This document shows, piece by piece, positions 1 through 8,334 of a stretch of DNA of 57,647 nucleotides. Origin of the DNA: a virus (lineage: Duplodnaviria > Caudoviricetes). The notes beneath the pieces were generated by a model, which saw only the letters and a list, made by a program, of their open reading frames with translations, was not told the origin of the DNA and did not search any database. The first letter of the stretch is position 1; each line of letters starts with the position of its first letter. The stretch is taken from positions 1 through 57,647 of IMG/VR virus record IMGVR_UViG_3300042514_000067; one strand, written 5' to 3'. The translations under genes and the position numbers were made by a program.

Positions 1-6
1 TAACAA

Positions 7-228
7 ATGTTAGGTGAATACTACGCAACAGGGTGGTGGGTGCTGTACCTAAACCACAGGAATCATGCAGATGTTACACGAGAGGATGACTTTGATTTTT
101 TGAAGCAATTCAAAGGATATACCTACGTTGCAGAAGGTACGTGTGGAGATATGGAAGCAATGGCAAAACTATTGAATTGCCAAGGGACAAACTTTTTTAA
201 CTATGGAGGTCTAACAAATGTTAGCTAG
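7..228 (+). CDS. hypothetical early protein
   Basis: ORF whose ATG lies within the palindrome; overlaps next ORF. Confidence 0.6.
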   Translation: MLGEYYATGWWVLYLNHRNHADVTREDDFDFLKQFKGYTYVAEGTCGDMEAMAKLLNCQGTNFFNYGGLTNVS

Positions 229-379
229 GTACTACGTGACAGGGTGGAGTGGGAGGTTTGGCATGTGGATTGCCGAGAGCCTCGAAGCCAAGAGTAAGGT
301 GGCGGCAAGGGAAAGGTTCACGACCAAGTACCCAACGCTTAAGACTATCAAAGCATACAAACTAAGGGGAGAAGCATAA
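218..379 (+). CDS. hypothetical 53-aa protein (not in ORF track)
   Basis: GGAGGT RBS at 205-210, ATG within palindrome; MLARYYVTGWSGRFGMW..., N-terminus resembles ORF 7-228 (MLGEYYATGW). Confidence 0.7.
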   Translation: MLARYYVTGWSGRFGMWIAESLEAKSKVAARERFTTKYPTLKTIKAYKLRGEA

Positions 380-388
380 GGAATTCAC

Positions 389-417
389 TTGACATACCTA
401 CTTAAATGTGGTATAAT
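389..417 (+). promoter_or_regulatory. Consensus sigma70 early promoter
   Basis: TTGACA (389-394), 17-bp spacer, TATAAT (412-417), preceded by TGTGG (extended -10). Confidence 0.9.
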
Positions 418-530
418 ATAAGTTACTTTGGATAATAATGTCCATAGTAGCGTAGGCTTAGCTCTAAATAAATGCAGAGTTAACGAAACCTAACAAATGT
501 TAGAACTATCAGCGTATTAGAAAGAACATC

Positions 531-1598
531 ATGGCAGAAATCAATTTCGGTAAATCAATTACCTTGAAGCAAGCGGCAAACCTTATCCGCACAAACCCAA
601 CGACTCGGTTCTTGTTGCAAGGCGAGCCCGGGATAGGGAAGTCCTCCCTACTAGAGAATATCGCCGACTCCCTCGGCTATGAGTATGCCTATATTGACGT
701 ACCCAATATGGACTTGGGTGACATCGCAATGCCTGTGATTGACCACGATACCAAGACTACTAGGTATTACCCCAATGCTAGGTTCGGTGTACACACTGGC
801 AAGCCGATGGTAATCATGCTCGATGAGTTCACGAAGGGTGCTGACCCTGTGAAGAACATGCTTCACCCTATGCTTGAGAAGGCGAACCCACGACTAGGTG
901 ATATATCGCTAGACCCCAACAAGTATGTTGTTTTCTTGACGGGTAATCTTACAACAGACGGAGTAGGTGACTCCCTTAAAGCGCATAGTCGCAACAGATT
1001 GGTTCCAGTGACAATTAGTAAACCTGATGCCGAGCAGTGGATTGAGTGGGCTATTGGTAAGGGACTCGAAGCCGAGGTGATTGCTTGGGTGAATCGTTTC
1101 CCTCACGTACTCGCAAGCTATACCGATGCCGCGCAAGGTGACAACCCATACATCTACAACCCACGCAAAGCTCAGCATGCGTTCGTATCACCACGCTCAT
1201 TGGAGACAGCATCGAACATTGTCCGGACTCGCAAAGAGAACGACCCTGATTCGGTGATTGCCGCTTTGACTGGTGCGATTGGTGAATCGGGTGCGCGTGA
1301 TATGCAAGCGTACATTGAGTTCTCAGATCAACTCCCTACATGGGAGGCGACGATCAAAGAGCCAAAGACTACGACTGTACCCACAAGTCCAGGGGCATGT
1401 GCCATTGTGGTGTTCGGTGCTATCGCTCGCATTACGAAAGACACCATTAGTCCATTCATGGATTACTTGTCTCGATTCGATGCCGAGTGGCAAGCCGTGT
1501 TCGCAATCAACATTGCCAAGAACCCTGCGAAGCAGAGCATTGCGTTCTCAAGCAGTGCGTTCAAGGACTGGGTCGTTAAGAACCAAGACCTACTCTAA
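531..1598 (+). CDS. MoxR/CbbQ-like AAA+ ATPase
   Basis: Walker A GEPGIGKS, Walker B IMLDEF, sensor TGN, SPRS motif; next to a vWA gene. Confidence 0.85.
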   Translation: MAEINFGKSITLKQAANLIRTNPTTRFLLQGEPGIGKSSLLENIADSLGYEYAYIDVPNMDLGDIAMPVIDHDTKTTRYYPNARFGVHTGKPMVIMLDEFTKGADPVKNMLHPMLEKANPRLGDISLDPNKYVVFLTGNLTTDGVGDSLKAHSRNRLVPVTISKPDAEQWIEWAIGKGLEAEVIAWVNRFPHVLASYTDAAQGDNPYIYNPRKAQHAFVSPRSLETASNIVRTRKENDPDSVIAALTGAIGESGARDMQAYIEFSDQLPTWEATIKEPKTTTVPTSPGACAIVVFGAIARITKDTISPFMDYLSRFDAEWQAVFAINIAKNPAKQSIAFSSSAFKDWVVKNQDLL

Positions 1599-1610
1599 GA
1601 GTTCTAACAA

Positions 1611-1838
1611 ATGTTAGGAATGAACGGCACTAAGGCAACCGACTTCAGGCGATATTTCGTCAGATGGGTAGTTGAGTACGTTAAGAACGAGAGTGGTACT
1701 GACCAAATACAGGTACTTGGGTACTGTGTATATGACGGAGAGACATGCACGACTCTGTTTGAGCATGCCGACAAGAAAGTGTGTGAGAAGGTATTAGCAA
1801 TGATGTTAAACGATGAAACGAAAGGTAACAAATGTTAG
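1611..1838 (+). CDS. hypothetical protein
   Basis: ORF bounded by two palindrome copies, between ATPase and vWA genes. Confidence 0.6.
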   Translation: MLGMNGTKATDFRRYFVRWVVEYVKNESGTDQIQVLGYCVYDGETCTTLFEHADKKVCEKVLAMMLNDETKGNKC

Positions 1839-3094
1839 AAGAACGTAAGGTACAGAAGGCGAAGATTACATTGATGCGTGACCCGAGGTTTGCCCTTTGG
1901 TCTGGTATCTTGATGGTTGGACGTACGAGTGTAGTGGATAACATCCCAACTGCATGCACCAACGGCAGAGACGAGAGGTACGGGCGCAAGTTCGTGGCTA
2001 TGCTCAAAGAGCCTGAGTTGAATTTCGTGGTACTCCATGAGAATCTGCACAAGGCTTTTCGTCACTTGACTACATGGCGTAAGTTGCATGACGAGAATCA
2101 TTCGCTGGCAAATGCGGCTTGTGACTACGTGATTAACCTCAAGCTCAAAGACCTCGATCCGAGCGAGCGCACTATATCCATGCCACGTTGGGCGGATGGT
2201 GAGTTGAAGGGTAAGCCGATGGGGTTGGTTGACGAGAAGTATCGTGGACTCAATGCCAAGCAAGTGTTCGACCTACTCAAAGAGGAGCAGAAGGGTGGTG
2301 GATCTGGCGAAGGCGATGACGAGGGCGACGGCGCAGGGAAGGGTTCGGGCGGTACAGGTACGAGCCAAGGTCAAGGTCAGGGTGGGTTCGATGACCACGA
2401 TTGGGATGGTGCGAAGGAGATGACCGAGGAGGAGAAGAAGGTTCTCGAGCGTGAGATAGATCAGGCTATTCGCCAAGGAGTAATGGCGCATCAGAAGATC
2501 GCGGGAACTGGTGGTGGTGATCTCGATCGGGACTTGCTTGAGTTGCTCGAGCCGAAGGTTGACTGGCGTGAAATGTTGCGTGAGTTCGTGAAGGCTACGT
2601 GTAGCGCAAAAGATACATCGTCATGGCGCAAGGTTAATCGTAGGTTCTTATCTACTGGTACGTACATGCCTAGCTTGGTCGGTGAGAAGGTTGGTCACAT
2701 GGTTATCGCTGTGGATACGTCAGGGTCAGTAGGTCAGGAAGAGCTGTCTGGATTCCTAACAGAAGTTAAGGGCATCGCAGAAGAAGTTAAGCCGAGCCAA
2801 GTGGACTTGATCTATTGGGATAGCCGAGTAGCCGGACACGAAGAGTACACCGAGAACGATGTGTCCAACATCATCAACTCTACTAAACCTAGAGGTGGTG
2901 GAGGTACGTCACCCTCATGTGTATCTGAGTATCTGAAAGAGAAACGCATCGTGCCTGAGTGCGTAATCATGCTGACCGATGGGTACGTGGGTAACGACTG
3001 GGGTCGGGATTGGACTGCGCCTGTACTGTGGGCGATCGTAGGAGGAAACGATTGTGTTGCAGACAACGGCAAAACGATTCTTGTCAAGGATTAA
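1832..3094 (+). CDS. Metallopeptidase-like + vWA domain protein (DUF2201-like)
   Basis: TACTNG, HENLH (HExxH), NAACDYVIN, Gly-rich linker, MIDAS DTSGS...GGGT...LTDG. Confidence 0.85.
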   Translation: MLEERKVQKAKITLMRDPRFALWSGILMVGRTSVVDNIPTACTNGRDERYGRKFVAMLKEPELNFVVLHENLHKAFRHLTTWRKLHDENHSLANAACDYVINLKLKDLDPSERTISMPRWADGELKGKPMGLVDEKYRGLNAKQVFDLLKEEQKGGGSGEGDDEGDGAGKGSGGTGTSQGQGQGGFDDHDWDGAKEMTEEEKKVLEREIDQAIRQGVMAHQKIAGTGGGDLDRDLLELLEPKVDWREMLREFVKATCSAKDTSSWRKVNRRFLSTGTYMPSLVGEKVGHMVIAVDTSGSVGQEELSGFLTEVKGIAEEVKPSQVDLIYWDSRVAGHEEYTENDVSNIINSTKPRGGGGTSPSCVSEYLKEKRIVPECVIMLTDGYVGNDWGRDWTAPVLWAIVGGNDCVADNGKTILVKD

Positions 3095-3131
3095 ATGGTG
3101 GTGGTTCATAACAAATGTTAGGAGGTATCAG

Positions 3132-3383
3132 ATGGTAGTAGTCGATATAGGTTATCGCAAGCTCGTGATGACCAAAGAGAAAGCAATGATGTTGGTCGAG
3201 TGCCTTGAGGGTGCTGACGTATACGAAGAGAAGTGGTGGAGTGATGACGTGCGCAAAGAGAAAGGAATGGACAGTACTTACACCTACCACGTGTATCCGA
3301 ATGAAGCCCACTTTGGGATGAGGATTGTTAGTGACACACATTATCAAATGGCTAGATTAGCCGGTAAACCACAGGAGAAATGA
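3132..3383 (+). CDS. hypothetical protein
   Basis: GGAGGT RBS at 3121-3126 supports ATG 3132 rather than 3054. Confidence 0.7.
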   Translation: MVVVDIGYRKLVMTKEKAMMLVECLEGADVYEEKWWSDDVRKEKGMDSTYTYHVYPNEAHFGMRIVSDTHYQMARLAGKPQEK

Positions 3384-3384
3384 A

Positions 3385-4233
3385 ATGAGTATTAGTGCAT
3401 CAGCAGTATTAGTAGAGTTGAACATCAGCGTATGGCCTGCCGCAAAGATCGATCGTGAAATCACGAGCCAAGTCAATGCAAGCGCATCAGCACACAAAGA
3501 TGCGTCACAGACCAAGAAGAATCTGTTTGCGGGTACAAGCCTACGAGCAGACATCGAGAAGTTCGCGGCCCGAGTACGTCTATACAACAACCAACACACC
3601 TTACCTTGGGCAGACAAGGGTGAGCGCATGTTGCCGACCAAGTTGTTCATGGACTACAAGCAGACCATGAATGGGTACGAGCGTACGTTCAACATGTTGT
3701 GCGATAACTTCTTTGATGAGTACGAGCGACTGGTTGAGGAAGCGAAGGTTAACTTGGGTTCTATGTACAAGGCAGAGGACTACCCCGACCTAACATCTGT
3801 TAGGACTAAGTTCAGCTTCAAGCGCAGTGTGAAACCTTTGCCCGAGGCTGGCGACTTTCGCTTGGACATTCCCGCGCATGACTTAGCGGAAATGAGATCG
3901 GCTTATGAAACACAATATTCGGAGAAGCTGGCCGAAGCAATGCGCACACCATGGGAACGCCTGCACGAAGTTCTCTTGGGTATGTCCAAGAAGTTGGAAG
4001 GTTCAGGCGATGAGAAGAAGCGGTATCACGACTCATTGATTACCAACCCATTGGAGTTGTGTGAGTTGTTGACGAAGCTGAACGTGACTAACGACCCTAA
4101 GTTGGAGGATGCACGTAGGCAAGTAGAACTAGCGATGCTCGGAGCTGACATTGAAGAGGTCAAGGATAGCCCGTTGGTTCGTGAGAATCTGAAGTCCAAG
4201 GTGGATGCTATTCTTGGTAAGTTCGAGTGGTAA
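3385..4233 (+). CDS. DUF3150-like protein
   Basis: LVELNISVW N-terminus, HTLPW, YP...F.F pattern and helical C-terminus typical of proteins accompanying AAA/vWA pairs. Confidence 0.55.
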   Translation: MSISASAVLVELNISVWPAAKIDREITSQVNASASAHKDASQTKKNLFAGTSLRADIEKFAARVRLYNNQHTLPWADKGERMLPTKLFMDYKQTMNGYERTFNMLCDNFFDEYERLVEEAKVNLGSMYKAEDYPDLTSVRTKFSFKRSVKPLPEAGDFRLDIPAHDLAEMRSAYETQYSEKLAEAMRTPWERLHEVLLGMSKKLEGSGDEKKRYHDSLITNPLELCELLTKLNVTNDPKLEDARRQVELAMLGADIEEVKDSPLVRENLKSKVDAILGKFEW

Positions 4234-4258
4234 TAACATTTGTTAGGAGTAACTGAAT

Positions 4259-5152
4259 ATGAGTATGAATACATTGAGTTTGAGCAACATAGTTGTAAGT
4301 GAAGACTTGCAGAAGTCTTTGGATAAAGAAGGGTTGAAGTTGACTGGCGTGTTCGGCATGCTAGACCCTGTGATTAGCCGACTGGCTTCATTGAATCCAC
4401 TGTGGACTTTCGTTATTGTTAACAGTGGTCATAGTATGGGTAATGATCGAGTGGCTTGCGGGTTCTCGGTCAAGCTAGATGGTGAAGAGCTAGGTCAGAT
4501 TGGCTTGTCGTACATGGGTCAGCGCGGGCGTGTGATCTCTATCTCCAACGATCGTATTGGTAAGGGCAGACAACGCTCGGACTCGTACCGCACAGTGGAT
4601 GCCGACAAAGCTATTCTCACAGCGAAGAAGATGTTCAGCAAGATGAACCCATCCGAGCGTATACAGAAGGCTAAGGATGCGGCAGAACGTGTAGTGTCTC
4701 GAGCGAGCTGGAACAAAGAGCGTGAGCGTACTCAACACCAAAGCCTTGTCAAGAATGAGATGTTGGCGTGGGTTGAGACCAAAGGACTTGCTACGTTCAT
4801 GGAGTTTATAAAAGCAGAAGCGATACCCTCGCTCAAGCACAAAGTTACTACGTCTATGGAAAAGGTAGTGCTACTCGATACCGAGATGCAGACTATCGAG
4901 AAAGTGCAACAGGACTTTAGTGCTAATAAGACTGCGCTAGTAGTCAAAGACTTGGGTAAATACCTAGTCAAGATAGGTGACAACGTAGAGCTATACGATG
5001 ATAATACGCTCCCTTTGGATATGCGTATGAAGATAGGCATGCTTAAACTTGTAGAGGACGAGCAGTATCTCACCAATGTAGGTTGCAAGGTATCGAGTGA
5101 GATATTTGTTTTGTTGGTCGATGAGCTAACAAATGTTAGCGAAGGAGTATGA
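4259..5152 (+). CDS. hypothetical protein
   Basis: 297-aa ORF with AGGAG RBS. Confidence 0.8.
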   Translation: MSMNTLSLSNIVVSEDLQKSLDKEGLKLTGVFGMLDPVISRLASLNPLWTFVIVNSGHSMGNDRVACGFSVKLDGEELGQIGLSYMGQRGRVISISNDRIGKGRQRSDSYRTVDADKAILTAKKMFSKMNPSERIQKAKDAAERVVSRASWNKERERTQHQSLVKNEMLAWVETKGLATFMEFIKAEAIPSLKHKVTTSMEKVVLLDTEMQTIEKVQQDFSANKTALVVKDLGKYLVKIGDNVELYDDNTLPLDMRMKIGMLKLVEDEQYLTNVGCKVSSEIFVLLVDELTNVSEGV

Positions 5153-5153
5153 G

Positions 5154-5321
5154 ATGAAAGAAGAAATTAAATATAGTTCGAAAGCTATACCCCTGCGGGG
5201 GTGTAACGACCCCAAGTTCAAATGGATAGATGCGGCACACACCGACATACGTAGAACATTCCGTAAGGCACGCTTGCTTATCCGTATCACCAAGGGAGCA
5301 GCGTATGAAAGCCGTACTTGA
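5154..5321 (+). CDS. hypothetical protein
   Basis: AAGGAG RBS; F.W..AA.TDIRRTF motif seen in small phage proteins; start approximate. Confidence 0.55.
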   Translation: MKEEIKYSSKAIPLRGCNDPKFKWIDAAHTDIRRTFRKARLLIRITKGAAYESRT

Positions 5322-5484
5322 GTTCACGTATCCACAAGACGAGACCAAGCTCAGGCATGCGTTGAAAGGTGAGGAGTATTACTTAGCGTTGATAGAGATC
5401 GATCGGGTGTTCAACATAGGCGGGCATCCCGAACAAATGTTAGACAGGATTGCAGATTTAGTTCAGAAAGGATTAGAAGAATGA
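5305..5484 (+). CDS. hypothetical protein
   Basis: MKAVLEFTYPQDE start after GGGAG; in frame with track ORF 5230-5484. Confidence 0.6.
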   Translation: MKAVLEFTYPQDETKLRHALKGEEYYLALIEIDRVFNIGGHPEQMLDRIADLVQKGLEE

Positions 5485-5759
5485 GCATTAAAAGTTGGAT
5501 TAGAAATTGGTTGAATAGCAATAGCACTACGGTGTTGAGAGGTGCGGATGTAGAAGCTTCGCCATCAGACCAAACAAGTATCTCAATCATGACCGCAATC
5601 AACGGCAAGGTGTTAACACTACGCACGTATCAGCCAAACAAGACAAGCAATAGCAGAAACATGCAATCGGATTGGGTTACTGAGTTATACCTAGTACCCG
5701 AGGGCGAGTCATTGACCGAAGCATTGACGATGCTATTGATGATGAGGGGTATTAAATGA
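5481..5759 (+). CDS. hypothetical protein
   Basis: ATGA-coupled ORF. Confidence 0.7.
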   Translation: MSIKSWIRNWLNSNSTTVLRGADVEASPSDQTSISIMTAINGKVLTLRTYQPNKTSNSRNMQSDWVTELYLVPEGESLTEALTMLLMMRGIK

Positions 5760-5947
5760 ATGGATTTGTAAATCGGCAACTTCAACTTGGAAGCAAGCAA
5801 CCCGTACACAAGTATAAGCTATGCAACAGGTGCGAAGAGCTTAAGCCCCCCGAGGGGGGGATTGAGTTGTCCCCACAAAGATGGTCGTGTGCTAGATGTT
5901 GGGCTAACAGAGTAATCACAAGGAGTTTATTAAATGCCAAGACCTAA
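5756..5947 (+). CDS. small Zn-finger protein
   Basis: CNRC...CARC; ATGA coupling. Confidence 0.65.
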   Translation: MNGFVNRQLQLGSKQPVHKYKLCNRCEELKPPEGGIELSPQRWSCARCWANRVITRSLLNAKT

Positions 5948-6110
5948 ACCGCCTGAGAAACTATTAGGTAGACAGGTACGAATGTCAGACAGACATTGGT
6001 TAATACTAAACCAGCTAGGTGGTGCGCAATGGCTACGTGAGTTATTGGATAAGAAAGCACCAATGCCTAAAAAATATTACGAGGGATTATTAAATGACAA
6101 CAGGAATTGA
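5934..6110 (+). CDS. putative ribbon-helix-helix DNA-binding protein, 58 aa (not in ORF track)
   Basis: AGGAG RBS; MPRPKP...RQVRMSDRHWLILNQLGGAQWLRELLD fits beta-strand/helix/helix pattern. Confidence 0.6.
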   Translation: MPRPKPPEKLLGRQVRMSDRHWLILNQLGGAQWLRELLDKKAPMPKKYYEGLLNDNRN

Positions 6111-6300
6111 AGAGTTAAAGTTAGAAAAAAAACGCAAGGGGCGAGGGGTTGGTAAGAAACCCGCGCTGTCCTGCACGAGCCTGCGTCTACCAAAGGATGT
6201 GATGGATTATTTCAACACAAACTTTGCGTATACAAAGCAAGCCAAGATGAGAGAAGTTCTTACCGAGTACGTTAACAACCAAACTAAGGAAACATCATGA
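6094..6300 (+). CDS. BrnA-antitoxin-like RHH protein
   Basis: RGRG..KKP...TSLRLPKDVMDYF...QAKMREVL. Confidence 0.6.
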   Translation: MTTGIEELKLEKKRKGRGVGKKPALSCTSLRLPKDVMDYFNTNFAYTKQAKMREVLTEYVNNQTKETS

Positions 6301-6929
6301 TCGAATTAGCAACTGAAGCAGTAAATGAAGCAGTAAATGAAGCAGTAAATGAGAAGCCCGTAACCCAAGCTGAGAGAATCCGTCAGTTTGTAGCTGAGCA
6401 TCCGTTCACTAAAGCTACTACCATAGCAAAGAAGATGGGCGTAGATCGTCAGTACGTGTACACAGTTATGTGGAACATGAAAAATAAAACTAAGCTGGCA
6501 AAGAAGGCGAAGGGTCTCGATAAGCCAATGACGTTGAAAGAAATTAAAGCCGCAACTAAGCGCGTACAGGATAAGTTCTTTCCTGAACCTAATTGGAAGA
6601 CGATCGGTTTTTCTTCATCGGAGATTCCGTTTTATGCAGACTCAGTTACGGATACAACACCTAGCCGCATGGCAGAACTTGCGTATGAAGCGGGTATAGA
6701 AATGGCAAAGTTGCGCATAGAAGGCGACCAAGGCGACGCGGTGAATCACCCTGCTCATTACAAGGTAGGTGGAATAGAGACGATCGACTTCATTGAAGCT
6801 AAGAAGTTGAACTACAACATCGGCAACGTAATAAAATATCTGACACGTGCCGACCACAAGGGCAACCGCAAGCAAGACTTAGAGAAAGCCAAGTGGTACT
6901 TGGAACGTGAGTTAAGCACCATGTCCTAA
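6297..6929 (+). CDS. HTH + DUF3310 (SaV / T7 gp1.7-like) protein
   Basis: C-terminal VNHPAHY...IETIDFI...GNVIKYLTRADHKG...DLEKAKWYL; N-terminal IAKKMGVDRQYVY HTH-like. Confidence 0.8.
   Translation: MIELATEAVNEAVNEAVNEKPVTQAERIRQFVAEHPFTKATTIAKKMGVDRQYVYTVMWNMKNKTKLAKKAKGLDKPMTLKEIKAATKRVQDKFFPEPNWKTIGFSSSEIPFYADSVTDTTPSRMAELAYEAGIEMAKLRIEGDQGDAVNHPAHYKVGGIETIDFIEAKKLNYNIGNVIKYLTRADHKGNRKQDLEKAKWYLERELSTMS
6314..6352 (+). repeat. 12-bp tandem repeat x3 (EAVN)3
   Basis: TGAAGCAGTAAA repeated three times in frame. Confidence 0.9.
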
Positions 6930-6949
6930 CATTTGTTAGGGAAACCACT

Positions 6950-6972
6950 AGCCACCTTCGGGTGGCTTTTTT
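6950..6972 (+). terminator. Rho-independent terminator ending early region
   Basis: GCCACC-TTCG-GGTGGC followed by T6. Confidence 0.92.
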
Positions 6973-6984
6973 ACGTCTGTACTA

Positions 6985-7012
6985 TTGACAAAGTAAAAAG
7001 TTATGATACTAT
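6985..7012 (+). promoter_or_regulatory. sigma70-type promoter of replication arm
   Basis: TTGACA, 16-bp spacer ending TGA, TACTAT. Confidence 0.7.
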
Positions 7013-7041
7013 CAAGACTTGAAAATAAATTGGAGTTAGTC

Positions 7042-7374
7042 ATGAGGTATGAAGACGCAAGATTAGAAGACAACATATTACTTTGCCCCCAATGTGGCGG
7101 CAACAACTTACATCAACGTACAGTCACAGTCTTCAACCGCAATGAAGACGGCAAGCATACAGAGGTTACGTGTGTTCAAGCACACACTGACACATCGACT
7201 GTAATAGTTACTGACGAGACCACAAGCAACCCAAGCCCTAGGCGTCACGGCATGCTGATTGATTTTGAGTGTGAGATATGTTACGAGGTTCAAGAGGGCG
7301 AACCCGTACACGACAGATTAGTCCTAGCTGTGTATCAGCACAAAGGATTAACGCTGATCGAGTGGGTGAAGTAA
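7042..7374 (+). CDS. Zn-ribbon hypothetical protein
   Basis: GGAG RBS; CPQC...CEIC. Confidence 0.7.
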   Translation: MRYEDARLEDNILLCPQCGGNNLHQRTVTVFNRNEDGKHTEVTCVQAHTDTSTVIVTDETTSNPSPRRHGMLIDFECEICYEVQEGEPVHDRLVLAVYQHKGLTLIEWVK

Positions 7375-7673
7375 TGGCAACCACACCTGAAGCCAAGGTC
7401 AAGGCAAAGATCAAGGCAATCCTCAAATCATATAGAGCCTACTACGTTATGCCTATCGGTACTGGCTACGGCAACAGTGGCGTCCCCGACTTTTTAGTTT
7501 GCCTCAACGGAGAGTTCTTGGCGATTGAAGCCAAGGCGGGCAGGGGCGTGCCGACTGCGTTACAAGAAAAGAACATGCGTGAGATCAAAGAAGCAGGGGG
7601 CAGGGCTTTGGTCATCAACGAAGAGAGCCTTGAGTTAAACATACTTGAAGCCGTACTGGACAACATGCTATGA
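7374..7673 (+). CDS. VRR-NUC domain nuclease
   Basis: TPEAKVK...GVPDFLVC..G.FLAIEAKA...TALQ...GG.ALVI. Confidence 0.85.
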   Translation: MATTPEAKVKAKIKAILKSYRAYYVMPIGTGYGNSGVPDFLVCLNGEFLAIEAKAGRGVPTALQEKNMREIKEAGGRALVINEESLELNILEAVLDNML

Positions 7674-7909
7674 CAGCCATTAGTCGTGCCGACCTACTCA
7701 AAGAATTGTTGCCCGGGTTGAATAAGTTATTCGGAGTAGCGTATGCAGAACGTAACCGCATCGAGTACCGCATGAAGTCAAACTATGGCAAATACAGTAT
7801 CTACAAGTGGAACTACGTTGACGACAAGCGAACAAGCACAACCCTAGCCAAAGGCTTAGACAAAGAGACTGCCACAGGCATGATGAAACTATTAAAGGAA
7901 CCAACATGA
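7670..7909 (+). CDS. Small protein with major-capsid-like N-terminus
   Basis: AISRADLLKELLPGLNKLFGVAYA matches MCP N-terminus at 20/24 residues; ATGA-coupled on both sides. Confidence 0.8.
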   Translation: MTAISRADLLKELLPGLNKLFGVAYAERNRIEYRMKSNYGKYSIYKWNYVDDKRTSTTLAKGLDKETATGMMKLLKEPT

Positions 7910-8334
7910 AACTGATTGAAAAGTTTATGCTCAAGCGTTGCTCTACCGAAGTACAGGTAATGCTCACACGCATGAAGGAACGACCCGAGGATTTCGACTA
8001 CGGCTCAGCTTGGAAGAAGCTCGTTGAGATTGCCGACGATACACGTAGCCCGTACACAAAGATTGAGCGCAAGCTAATACTCAAGTACTGGAAAGAATGT
8101 CAGTTGCAGCGGGATCGTAAAAAGTTACTCGCTCAGATCATGCAACAGACAATCAACCCAACTACTCGAGAAGATATAGAGGATGGGTTAATTAGCAAGC
8201 GGTACGCTCAAGCACTAGCCGCATCAATGCAAGCCACAAAGCAAACATTACAAAGCAACATAACCACAGGACACACCGATTCACGTGGAATGTACACGAC
8301 CCACGTTTACCCCACACAAGGCAGAGTAGTATGA
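7906..8334 (+). CDS. hypothetical protein
   Basis: AAGGA RBS, coupled ORF. Confidence 0.75.
   Translation: MKLIEKFMLKRCSTEVQVMLTRMKERPEDFDYGSAWKKLVEIADDTRSPYTKIERKLILKYWKECQLQRDRKKLLAQIMQQTINPTTREDIEDGLISKRYAQALAASMQATKQTLQSNITTGHTDSRGMYTTHVYPTQGRVV

Larger units (their letters stand above)
1..6939. repeat. Dispersed 14-bp palindrome CTAACA-nn-TGTTAG, 11 copies (putative operator)
   Basis: Copies at 1-13 (truncated), 211-224, 490-503, 1604-1617, 1825-1838, 3108-3121, 3790-3803, 4233-4246, 5126-5139, 5430-5443, 6926-6939; degenerate copy at 2756-2769. Confidence 0.9.

Noticed and set aside
208-227. Palindrome as integron attC (RYYYAAC...GTTRRRY)
   Set aside because: Ends resemble the R boxes but only 4 nt separate them, there are no L boxes, most copies break the consensus and no integron integrase is visible
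1-6939. Palindrome array as CRISPR repeats
   Set aside because: Repeats are 14 bp, spaced irregularly by 0.2-1.5 kb of coding sequence; no cas operon (the Cas4-like gene is a replication-module exonuclease)
1611-7909. Weak TTL....DK......M.LL similarity among ORFs 7-228, 1611-1838 and the C-terminus of 7670-7909
   Set aside because: Too few identities to support homology by eye
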